Shown: in pieces, positions 51,163 through 62,618 of the stretch
Numbering within the stretch: position 1 is the first letter of the stretch
How the letters are laid out: the number at the start of each line of letters is the position of its first letter
Origin: Marsupella aquatica
Lineage: Eukaryota; Plantae; Marchantiophyta
Direction: 5' to 3'
DNA: 64,000 nucleotides
Assembly (NCBI GenBank): GCA_973895155.1
Contig: OZ316895.1
Span: 12,957,363 to 13,021,362 of the forward strand
Notes under the pieces: model-generated
The model's input: the letters and a program-made list of their open reading frames with translations, nothing else
The model's database searches: none
Told to the model about the DNA's origin: nothing
Translations under genes and position numbers: made by a program

Positions 51163-52419
51163 GTGATTAGATTGTATCTTTCTTAGTGATTAGATTGTAT
51201 CTTTCTTAATACAACTCCGTTTTGAGAGTGTTTTATATCTATTCTACTCACCTTGACTAGATCTTTCCAAATCTGGATTTGGTGACGTATTGAAAGAAAT
51301 ATGATTGCAACCACCCGCGACATAACTTGTATTTTCCTAACACACTAAGACTAGACTATGAACCACTCACCCAAGTAACAAAATGAAGACACACACCCAA
51401 GACATTCAGATTTCACAATGAGAACAATCACCATACCATGTAGCTTCCTATTCAGTCGTGGACACTCGCTCCCCCAAATTACCACACATGCTTCTATACC
51501 AAGAGCCTCCATGCTTCATTTTGTTTGTCAACAAGATGGAACTATTGAGGAGGTGAATCCTCTCTTCCCCAACTGCTCAATTGTGGCCCTAACAATGACT
51601 ATCTCAAGTGTGTTTGCCTTGGTTGTGCAGTCTTCAAGCTAAAATATATCTATCTCTTCTCTTAATGCCATGATCACCCTTATTCTTGCCATCTTGTTAA
51701 TTGTTATGCAGTATCAATAGCTACTCATTGCATACAACATCCTAGTTAATATTATAGAATAAGGGCCATGTCATTGGCATCACACTTACAGGGCTACAAT
51801 TTCTTTGGTTTTGATTTCTTTCCCCCTCTTTGGCGCTTTCCTCTTACTTCCCATTAAATTTGACTGCCTTGGAAACCACTATACCTTTCCCCTTTGCCTT
51901 TTGCTAATCCTACTATACCTTTGCCCTTTGCCTTTTGCTCTCCACAAGAGGTGCTGTTAAATAGGCTTGCCTATGGAGGGGTTGCAGGCATGAAATTTTG
52001 AATAAATGATATCATGACGGATCCCTGGAATGTCATTTATGACATTGTTAGGCTATTCCCGCCTGCTGCCTACCAGTTGTTGCCCAAACTGTGCGCATTT
52101 GATATTAGGATGATTCCTAGGAATGACATCTCTATTTTGTCCAACAAACTGGGCTTAAAGTATGGCAGAGCATCTGCTTGGGTACAGAGAGGTGCAGGGT
52201 ACCAACTTCCAATTACCCCCCATGAAGGTGCAATGTCTTATACAAAAACCCTAGTGCACCCAAAAGTGGGATTCAAACAAAGCTCCTTGCACTTAGATGA
52301 AAAGGGTAATCATTCAATGTTGCTGGCAATAGACAGGCAACAGACAGTCCAATGCAATAAATGATTTTCATGGGACTCCCATTGCTGAGTGTTATGAGAG
52401 CCACAAAACAAAGTGTCAA

Positions 52420-53700
52420 TTGCATGTGAGTTGGCTTTTATAAGACATGATATTCCAACGACAAATTGTTGACAGTTATTTTGAGGGCTGCAAAATAAAG
52501 GGTCCATATCATGCAAGTTGGCTCTAGGGTCCAACTTGCATCTAGCAGTCCTCGGGGCAACCCTTAGTTTACAGGCCCTCAACAATTGCAAAATGATTGG
52601 TGAAAATATAGATGATGTTAGACAAGAGTATCTATTGCCCTGCAATGTTTGAGCTTTTGTTTTGTAATGAAATTGGAGGTTGGACCTCAAGGACTGGAAA
52701 GTTCCAGCCCTTGCCCTTGGAATCCTAGTTCTTTGCCTTCTGGCTTTGGCTTGGGAGGAGGTTGAGGCATTGTTTTCTTGCTTGTATGTTGCCGTGAGTA
52801 AGTTTGAGGGCCAAAAATTAACCATAGGGCCTTTCAGCCAACTTGCATGTCAAAGTCCTCAACAATACGGTCCTAATGCATCTGTGAAATGTTAGGGAAA
52901 AAACAGATCTTGTTTGACAAAAGTATTTGCTGTCAGACACACGACAAAGCTTGCAATAACATAGTTTCACTACATGTGTCCCGTTAGGGCTCTTATTTTA
53001 TGTTGGATTTTGAAGTTGTGACCTCAAAGGGGCAAGAAAATTCTTGGCCCTTGCCTTTCTAGGTCCTAATTTATGCAGGCCTAGCACGGGAGGGGGTTAA
53101 GGCATGTGAGTCACTTTGCGGGAGGGAAAGGAGAGGGTCAATCATTTGTGACCCTTGCACTCTTGATAGTTCTTGGGAAAAGTAGCTCTTCATTGACTAC
53201 CTACTTCCTAACCTCCCAATGACTACATGGTTGACAACAGGTGTAGTGGCTTTCTTTTTGAATTCCCTAGCCAAACGTGGGGACCTGCAAGAGCCGGAAA
53301 GTTTTCTTCCTTTGCCCTTGGGTCAACACAAGAGTTGTCATCACCTAATGAAGGGCTTATGGCATGGCAGCCTAAACAAATGGTATGATCACATCTTCCA
53401 GTTTGAGGACTGCAAATGAAAGGGTGGATGACATGTGAGTTGGCTCTAAGGTCCAATGAGTGAGCACCGGCTTGAAAAGCCTGGTTTGGTACTCCATTGT
53501 AGTAGAGAATTTAGAGAGACCATTCTGGAGAGCATCATTTGTGAGATGTTTCTTTGCATTGGACTGTTTTTGTTGGGAGAAGTCAAGTCAAAACTCTACA
53601 ATAGAGGAGGTCAAAATGAGGACATGAGGAGAGGTTGGATTGAACAAAGAAGCCACAAAACAAAGGGTACATCGTATCCACGATGACTCTAAGGTCCAAA
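52420..53700. repeat. Old degenerate direct repeats
   Basis: gttggctcta(a/g)ggtccaa-like at ~52517, 53440 and 53684. gacctcaa.g...aaa.tt....cccttgcc..tt-like at ~52683, 53020 and 53282. Confidence 0.55.
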
Positions 53701-53755
53701 AATTCTGCACGGAATGCAAGATACTTGTGTATAACCCGAGGTGTACACCATCCAA

Positions 53756-54614
53756 TCTATCCATACATCCCATCTAAAATAAATGCCTGCCCAAGTTGCC
53801 CTTTACCCTGCCCGCACCTTAATTAGAAAACAATTAACTTATTTAAATTTTAAAAATAGAAATTAAAACCTTTTAAAACTTTTTAATTTTTGGGGAATAT
53901 ACATTAAATATTTAATAAATTAAGTTCTCTAATTCTTTTAAACCAAAAAACCATATTTTTTAATGTTAATCAGTTGTGCTTGGACTCTATGATGTCATGG
54001 CCACTATCTAGCGTCTCCAATTCTATGTGCAACGCAAGGGTTAATTGACACGACCATAACAATTGTATGATAGGATCACAAATAACATGCCTCAACAACT
54101 CGCAAAGCTTATGTGTTTGTGCCTTGCCTTGACATATTTTTCTAATCTTTTCATATTTATCTCTACTAAACATTTTTACCTTGACTTGGCATCTTTTTTT
54201 CATCTTGCCATTGTTTCCTCACATTGACATCTTTATTTCATTATGACATATTTTCTCACCTTGACATTTCTTTTCTCCTTAACATCTTTTTCTCTCCTTG
54301 AGATCTTTTCTCACCTGACTTGACATCTTATCTTTTTTTCACTTTGACATCTTTATCTCACCATGACATCTTTATTTCACAATGGGCGACATATTTTCCT
54401 CATCCTTGACATCTTTTGTCTCCTTGAAAAGTTTTTACTCATCTTTATATCTTTTTCTTGATCACCTCACCATCTTTTCTCTCCTTGACATCTTTTTCTC
54501 ACCTCAACTTCTTTTCCTCTTCTTGACATCATTTTCTCTCATTTACATCTTTTTTCACTTCAACATCTTTTCCTCACCTCATATCTTTTGTACAATGCAT
54601 AGGCATCGGGCTAG
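53756..54614 (+). mobile_element. Probable non-autonomous Helitron
   Basis: Starts A|TCTAT and ends CTAG|T. The subterminal tgtacaatgcataggc resembles a deaminated cgtgcaacgcacgggc hairpin. The interior is AT-rich with many ttgacatcttt..ctc repeats (54170-54590). Confidence 0.55.
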
Positions 54615-55039
54615 TGCCCTCTAATGGAAGTCTAGGTTGGGGTTTGAGCCTGAACCTTGCTCGGAAAAGCCTCCCTACTGCTGCCAATCTGGTTTTCCTC
54701 ACTTTTTGCTCACCTCAGGGGTTTCACTTCCACAAAAGTGGCACATCACATGTGACGAAAGATAGGACCATTTTATTGGTTCAAAGGGAAGATTTAAGAA
54801 TTTTCTCAGAAGAACAATATTGTCTTTTAAATCCAATTTCAAAACTTATAAGGACATTAGAACCCTGCTAACCAAAATTTTGGAATATTCCAAGAATATT
54901 CTAACTTTATAGGGGTTAATTTGTTGTTTACATTGTAGGGGGTTCAAGGCCTAAAAATGTCGGGTGATGGGGAGGCCTCCATTTAGTGATCGAGACCCCC
55001 GAGCTAAGCATAGGGTTACATGCTAGTATCCCCTGCCTA

Positions 55040-56205
55040 TCAGGTTTTACTCACTCTCAGGTTATAGGGTTAACAGGTTAGCAACCCCATAGACCGCCAT
55101 TATATTATACACTAGCTTCCCCAGAGCCGCCAATCAGTATTTTCCTCACTTTCTGGTCACAGGGGGCTAAGGGCCATATAGTAAACCCCTCCAGTCAGGT
55201 CATACTCACTCTCTGGTCACATGGTTACAAGCTACTAACCCCGTACCAGACCACCATTATACCATACACCAAGGGAGCATGTGCCTGAAAAGCCTGGTCT
55301 GGTACTCCAACATAGTAGAGCAAGAGTATAAATCAGAGAGGACCATTTTTGGAGAGCTTTCATGTGTTCCCTTGGAGATGCTGGCTATTCCCATAATCTC
55401 TTGCCTGAAAGTAATCTTTTTTGGACAGTAAATACATACTACAATGAAAGTCTGGTCAGGGGTTCTAGCCTGAGCCTTAGTCCAAGAAAGCTCACAAATA
55501 GGTCCACTACCACCATGGTCAGCAAAGCTTCCCGGGTTACATTAGGTCAGGTTTTCATCACTTTCTGGTCACAAGGTTATAGATTAGTCACCCCATACCG
55601 GACCGCCATTATATTGTACACTGAGGAGCATGAGCCTGAAAGGTCTGGTCTGGTATTCCAAACTTAGTAGAGAAAGAGTCTACTGTAGTCTAGAGAGGAC
55701 CATTTCTGGAGAGCATTAATTTGTTCAATGGTTTTAGTACCAAACAATGTAGTAGAGAAAGAGTCCACTATAGTCCAATGTTTCCTCATCTAGTACTCCA
55801 AACGCAGTAGAGAAAGAGTCTACTGTAGTCCAAATTCCTCGTCTGGTACTCCAAACGCAGTAGAGAAAGACTACTGTAGTCCAATGCTTCCTCATCTGGT
55901 GCTCCAAACGTAGTAGAGAAAGAGTCTACTGTAGTCCAATGTTTCCTCGTCTGGTACTCAAAACGTAGTAGAGAAAGAGTCTACTGTAGTCCAAATTCCT
56001 CGTCTGGTACTCCAAACGCAGTAGAGAAAGTGTCTACTGTAGTCTCCAATGCTTCCTCGTCTGGTACTCCAAACGCAGTAGAGAAAGAGTCTACTGTAGT
56101 CTCCAATGCATCCTCGTCTGGTACTCCAAACGCAGTAGAGAAAGAGTCACGTAGTAGAGAAAGAGTGTACTGTAGTCCAGAGAGGACCATTTCTGGAGAG
56201 CATTC
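55040..56205. repeat. Hierarchical tandem array upstream of the ARMH3-like gene: long units plus seven 53-57-bp units
   Basis: Short unit tctggtactccaaacgcagtagagaaagagtctactgtagtc(tc)caatg(c)ttcctcg at 55789, 55842, 55895, 55950, 56003, 56060 and 56117. Longer units caggt..tactcact.tctggtcac...accgccattata...gagaggaccattt.tggagagc at ~55042, 55196 and 55548. Confidence 0.93.
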
Positions 56206-57777
56206 ATTTGCTCGATGTTTCTTCGCATTGAACTGTTCTGTTCTTGCTGAGAGAAGTCAAGTCAAAACTGTACAGTAGTGGAGGAGAGTGAAAACGAGGA
56301 CGGGACGAGAGGTTGGATCGAACGACGAAGCTGTCTCTCTGTTTGCTTTCTGCTCGCTTCTGCACTTCGATCGTCCGGGAGGACCACAGATCTGAAGACT
56401 GATCTGTTACGGGAAAAAACGTTCGTTGGTGAGTGCAGAGAGTGCAGAGAGAGAGAGGAGCGGAATGAAGGAAGAGAAGGAAGGAGTCAATAATCATCTT
56501 GGTGTGGCGAGTGCGAGTGTCGGCCTTCTGAGCGTGTTTTTTCAATGTCCGTTTGGTGTTGGCCAATCTCCCGCGTTGGCAAAAGCAAGGAGATGATGGC
56601 GATGTCTGTGATGAGCTGCAGATGAATATTATTTAGCTTGACGGGAGCGCGAATTTCGTGGTCAAGGTCAGAGTCTCACTCTTTTCCTTCTCTTTCTGTC
56701 TGCGTGTCTGGTTCCCTCTTTCGATCACTCGAGTTACAATATGGCACTGGACCGTATTGGTAACCTTCACAGGTCTCTTTTCCATTTAAGGACCCATTTT
56801 CCTCCATTGGCGAAATGTGGAGATTCCGGATCTGGTCGCGGTGGACTTGAACTTCGATTCGTTTCGTTCCCTCTATGCCTCTTTTCACGCCGCCTGTTTC
56901 ATTCTCCGTTTTCTGCGGAGGGTTGGATGAGAGAATGCACCAGACTGTGCGGATAAATTGGCTATTCTCCGCATCTAATGATCGCCAGTCTATGCCGGCC
57001 TTTTCTGCTTAGTCTCCTTGTGGAACCGAGGGATGTGAAATTGACCAGAATTCACTTATTTTCTGGACTCTTCGGGGATGCTTTCTAAACTTGTCTAAGT
57101 CGTGATCTCCAATTGGCGTAAACTGTCTGGTTTTTACAATTGGACTTTGCTTAGGACCATTAAGTAGTCCGTTTGAGCTCTGTAATCACTGCCTATCGTG
57201 GAGGAATGTGTTGTATGAGGTGTAAAGTGACGAGAAGTACGTGCCTGCTGTTTAGAGTAAGTCTTGTTTTAGCGATGATTGTGCTAAGTGGCCAATTGCT
57301 ATAGTAATATCTCCGTATCGTATCTGGATGCTTTTGACTGAGATTTGCGACACTTTCAGTTGAATGATGCTTGGATTTTGGTCTGAAAGCGTTTATGCTA
57401 TGAAAGTGTTTAGCTTAAAACTGTTTATTTGTCTCTCTTGTGAAATGCTCCCATTACTTTGTCCTGGTTGTACCCTTCAGTGGTAGAAAGTCTTCTGCTA
57501 TAGAATAATTAGTCCCTCCTGGTAAATGCTTGCAAGAGCAGGTCAGAGATTCTTACTTGACTGGACAACCTGGGATTTTCGTGTTTGGATGGGTAGACCA
57601 GACTTGTGCTGTTGTTCCGGTCTGGAACCATTGACTTGATTGTGAGCCAGCGGTTTGACAAGTTGTGGACGCAGCTTTTGAGACCGGTCTTCCGCTATTC
57701 AATGAGCAACTTATATTTATAATTTTACCTGCGACGTCCTCGGGACGGAGTAGAAAACAGAAAGTTTCACAAGTGAA

Positions 57778-57838
57778 GCTAAGGAAGTAAACTAAGAGCT
57801 AAGGAAGTAAACTAAGAGCTAAGGAAGTTAACTAAGAG
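57778..57838. repeat. Three-copy 20-bp tandem repeat
   Basis: gctaaggaagt(a/t)aactaaga x3. Confidence 0.9.
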
Positions 57839-58012
57839 TAAAATTACTAGACGAGTCAAAAAGTTGCTGCGGTCTTGCTAAAAAAATGCCCGAGATAAAC
57901 TTTCATGACGTTCCGATCTTGTATTCTGGATTAATAGTCAAAGAAGGTCTTGAAAAGAAGTCACGAAACTCTTTTTTCGTGATATAATGGCTACAGTCTG
58001 AAAAGAAGCAAA

Positions 58013-58060
58013 AGTTCAGTATCTACTTCCCTAGTTCAGTATCTACTTCCCTACTTCCCT
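58013..58060. repeat. Two-copy 20-bp tandem repeat plus a partial copy
   Basis: agttcagtatctacttccct x2 followed by acttccct. Confidence 0.85.
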
Positions 58061-58939
58061 GACATTTTAATTGTAATTTTACACCTGAGTACAGGTTTAG
58101 TTGTCTGGTCCTCAAGGAACTTGCTAAGCTCTAACAGAAGTCTCTGGAAGCGAGGTATTACTGTTCTGTCTTGAAAGGATAGTCGCGTGAAGCATTATGG
58201 CTTGGTCGTGTAGGTTTGCAGCGAGCTAATGATCGGCCTATATCGCTATTGTGTTTGAGTGAGCCTTGTCTTGCCAATTTGAGAAGAGAATGTTATGAAT
58301 TATGAAACGTTGAGGCATGCTTCAGTTACTTCTTTGTCTTGACGATAGTGTTCGATTCGCTTTGACATCAAGCGCTTACCTTCCTCGTCTTCGTTCAGGT
58401 TGGCTCGAATGAGCTATTCGGAGGAATTGCCTGTATGGGAGGGAGCTGCCAAATGCGCAAAAGACGCACTAGATATGCATATGTGTTGATCTCTAATCAG
58501 AAGTCCTTTAGGTATTGCACAATGTCACTCATTACCTTCCCTGCACCTCGATCACTGGTGAACTAGTTGGGGTTTACTTCATTTGTGAACAGGAATTGGT
58601 AGATTTTTGAGTTCTATTCTAAAGTAGTTGAGTCCTGGATTATTCTATTGGTATGTTTGATGTACATTGAATACTTTCGTATGAGATTAAAGCTCAAATC
58701 AAAGGATGATGGTTTTCTGAAAGCTCAGACCCGTGACTTTGGGAGTTGACGATGGAATTTAGGGCTGTGAGCTTTGTCCTGGAAAACTGAAATGTTCTTG
58801 TGTTGATCGATCAACACGAATTTGACTGGATAGGTATAGGAGCGATCGCAAAACGAACAACAACGGTAGTCTTACTTTTAGTAGGCGTAGACCACAACAG
58901 GCAAGGACGGCTAAATCTTTATTGAACTTCTCAACAGCT

Positions 58940-61900
58940 ATGCAGGGGCATCCTTCTTTTGACGCTCGGAACGGCAGATCCGCAGACAAATACAAAGCAC
59001 CACTGAAGGAAAAATTTGTCTCTCTTTATGAGGACATTTTTGCAGGAAGAAGTTTGATAAACACAGCAAAAGATCAGGGAGTACAAGGTCGTGCAGCTGT
59101 GACAAGATTTTGGGATGAGCTACTGCTCTTGAAGGTTAGTTGACGTCTACAGTATGTTTTTTTGGTTCGATTTGCACTGTCGTACATCTACTCGCAAAAT
59201 TGTCAGAAGAATTGTTTTTAGAGCTCGAAGACTTTCCTGGTAACCAACGAACTTCTGGACAGGTTAATGAAACGTTCTTGTCCCAAGTGATTGCGAAGGC
59301 TTCCGAGGAACAACTCCGAGGGGAATTAAAACCCGTAATCAATGGTCTCTTCGAAACATATTCGACGTATGTGGGGTTTTCCTCTTTTCCGTTGTCTGTC
59401 GTATTCTAGTTGATGCGTTGGTACTTTGATGGGTTCAAACATATTGAGAGGAGCTCTGTGAGTATCAGGAGGATGGATAATTAGTGGCGTAGTTGTGGTG
59501 CATTGTGTAACATGCTTTGCCAAAAATTGTTTGTCTGGATGGTTTTGTCACCTTTATATGATTTGTATGACCTTCACTCTCAATTTTACCTTTCTGTTCT
59601 TATAGCATCATGAACCTGTATACAACTGGATTCCCGCGCTAATCAAATTAGAGTTTTGCTAAGTCGAACTTTGGGGGTGGAAGAGGGGTCGCAAAGTTGG
59701 GGAGGGGCTGATTGGACTCACTTTTGTCATGTCATATAGCAGGTCGACTAGATATGTACAGACGGATGAGACGTTTGACCGGTCTTCCTGTAACTTTTTC
59801 TGTTGGTTTACCTTAAAGCTCTTATAAGCTTTAAAAGAAGAGCTTGTCATGTCATTCATATAGTCAGCTGAAGTATTTGACACCTCTCACATGCAGGTAC
59901 CTGGGTGATGGGAATTTCATAAGAGTAGCCCATGCCCTTGAAACCTTGACAATACTGTTGCGGGAAATTTTTAGGAAGCGATTCACGGAACAGGTAATGG
60001 ACCAATTGTAACTGTTTTTCCTCGGGATTAGAATTGGCATGTCAGCCTGCGCCATTTTACCAATCTCAGAACATTATGGACGTTATCATTTACTACATAT
60101 TGTTTAGGTAATCTCTTCACGGAACAGGTAATGGACCAACTGTAACTGTTTTGCCTCGGGATTAGAATTGGCAGGTCAGCCTGCATCATTGTACCAGTCT
60201 CAAAACATCATGGACATAATCTTTTACTTAATATTATTCAGTTCATCTTCTAGTTCCAGTCTGTGGGGATCGTTGTTTGATTCTTTAGTGGTATGTGGGT
60301 GCAGGGCTATACAATCATCACTCTAGTTTGTCGATCCGTGGAACAGTCAGACTCATTTTTCAGGCGCTTGGTGACTAGTATTGCAAGTCTACTAACCAGA
60401 GATGATGTTCCTGTGTTGGTCAAATCACTAGGATTAAGGTATGCATTTCGTAAATCACAAAGGTCCCTAAAGCTCGGATTGCATCCATATATGCTCAATA
60501 TTGAGTCATTCATTCGAAGCTTAGACGGCAGTGTTACGTACTAGGCAAGATCTATCAGCACTGGCATGAAGCTACCATGAAAGTAATTACTGAGAAATGT
60601 CTTGATATGTGAAATGCAGGGTATTTCTCACAATATTGATTGCCACGGACAATGTGAATACAAACTCCATCGCCAGCTATCTATTCGTAAACAACATTTT
60701 CGATGCACTGCTAGGTTTATTCACTCTGAAAATTTCTGCCGATCAAAAGAAAATCGAACTTGATGCAAGTCTTGTGCTCATCTTGCTTCTGTTGTGGAGA
60801 GAAAGTGCAAATCCATATACAGAGCGTCTATCAGCAACGGGGGCCCCTGTGGTACCATTACTTCACACCATCTTGTCTCTTCTTTCCTCGCCTCCCAAGT
60901 TAGCAAAGGCGAATGAGGGTCCCAACTCACTTGCAAGTCCACTCTGGTCAAATGCTGAAGGAGTGCTTGTCTCCTTGGGAAGTTGGTTCGGATTCTCCGC
61001 ACCCAGTGAAAGCAATGCACCATCTGCCACGTCTGCTTTGGGTTCAGAGGTTTTGGATGTGAAGTGGTGCAACACTACTGCTGCGCTCATTCTATTATAT
61101 TTCCTCTGCTACTTGAATCCTGCGTTAAAATCCACCCAGGTAAAAATCCCTCCATCGTGTCCTGAAAACCTGTTTGTTTTACATGTCTTAAGAATTGTCT
61201 TTATCTATTACCCTGTGAAAAGTTGTCGGCAGTCCTGAAGCTGTTACGCCCAACTTATTCACAGCTTCTGCAATAAAGTTCCACCCTTAGAGAACAGCGG
61301 ATGGATTTGAGTTTCGACAGAGTTAACCTAAAGGATTTCGTTTTGACTGATGCAGTTATGGCCATCCTCAGACTTTTCACTTGTCCAAGGCGCACCAGGA
61401 AATACAGCATCCGCACTCTGGATTCAAGTGTTGAAGTCCTTCCTTGCACTAAGCAAAGACATTTTGGCAAATTTGCCAACGACAGGAGCAGCAGGAGTAT
61501 TGCGGGGAAAGCTCTGTTTGACAGTGTTGAGGTGCATAGCAGAGGATCATGTGTCTGCAGAATTCCTATCTCGCGCTGATGCTGAGAGCTTTACCTTGAA
61601 TCAGGTTCCTGTCAGTTCTCTGGCAGGGATTCCTTCTGTTGTCCAGTTCAGAAGCTTATCCTGTGTCATTGTTGATCTAGGAACCAGTGTACTGGGACAA
61701 AGGCCAGATGGTGCCCTCGTAGATCCTGATCTTTGTCATCGAGCAGCTTTACTGATTCCCATTGTCCTAAATCATGTTAGATCTCGGGGGTGGCAATTGC
61801 TGCCAACCAGCATTAATTGGTTAGGTACGTGGCAAGGTCTAGCAGAGATCTGTACGCGGTGTGCACCTGAAACAGCATTTCAAAGACCTGGTGTTCCAGA

Positions 61901-62618
61901 GCTGGCGGAACTGACCTTAGGGATCATTGAGTCGAGCTTAGGGAATAGCCAAGATATCTGCGCATCTCCTGACGAAACAGATCGGTTGCACGCTATGGTG
62001 ATGGCTCACATGGCTGGCTTTGAGCAGCTGGTGCGAACAGCATCTTCAACTCCTTTCGGAGATGGTGGGAAGTCGGCTAGCAGGGGTGGGATCCGATTAG
62101 TAAGTTCTTAATCTTCCGCTTGTGGCCCTCATGAATGTCTCATCTCCATTCATTTCTCTACCTTTGGCGTGTGGACGTAAACTGAGACCAATCAAGGTAG
62201 CTCTGTACCATCTTTGGCTGGTGAGGCAAGTTTTGGCTTGGTTTGATTGTTAAGTCTACAGAGCTGCAACTGGTTAAAGCATTATATCCCTGACGGTCTG
62301 GGGGGTTGATTTGTCTAGGTGAATATTTCTTCGGTGAAGTTTCAATACGAGGTGCAGATTGCAGCATTGGGAGTTCGAGGGCAACCCACATTTGAGCAGG
62401 CACTGTTGGGAGTTAGGAAAAAGGGATTGGCTAATCTGAAACTGAAGCACAGTTATGCTGGACCGGGCCATTCCTACACAGAAGGTACTGTTGAGCATCG
62501 TATATTAATTAACCTAGTCCGCCTTCTTGTGTCCGAGCATCGCCAACGCTTAACATCGTCGGGTTCTCTGAAGTTGGAATTGGAAACGAAGAAAGGTACC
62601 AAGGAGAGAGGCCATTGA
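58940..62618 (+). CDS. ARMH3: Armadillo-like helical domain protein, ARMH3/C10orf76 (UPF0668) homolog, 7 exons, 697 aa
   Basis: Exons 58940-59134, 59263-59366, 59897-59993, 60305-60438, 60620-61139, 61356-62099 and 62319-62618 are GT-AG and in frame (2094 nt). PLKEKFVSLYEDIF, RFWDELLLLKVN, IRVAHALETL, ATDNVNTNSI..Y...NNIFDALL and ESANPY align with recalled human ARMH3 PLKEKVVLMYDEIF, RFWEELFLMKVN, IRVVNALQTL, VTDNISQNTI.EY...NSIFEAIL and ESVNPY. Confidence 0.85.
59982..60241 (+). repeat. Tandem duplication (134-bp period) of the exon-3 end, donor site and intron start of the ARMH3-like gene
   Basis: ttcacggaacag|gtaatggaccaa.tgtaactgtttt.cctcgggattagaattggca.gtcagcctgc at 59982 and 60116. 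Confidence 0.9.

Noticed and set aside
55789-56180. CRISPR-like appearance (regular repeats with internal palindrome)
   Set aside because: There are no unique spacers (whole units repeat), the context is eukaryotic and no cas genes are present.
55981-56278. Repetitive ORFs on both strands (STAFGVPDEEALETTVD / STVVSNASSSGTPNAVEKE)
   Set aside because: These are by-products of the 57-bp units; neighbouring 53/55-bp units break frame.
147-62618. Functional clustering of VPS34 and ARMH3 (both phosphoinositide-related)
   Set aside because: They are 57 kb apart with four unrelated genes between them and act on different kinases. Chance is sufficient unless synteny is conserved.
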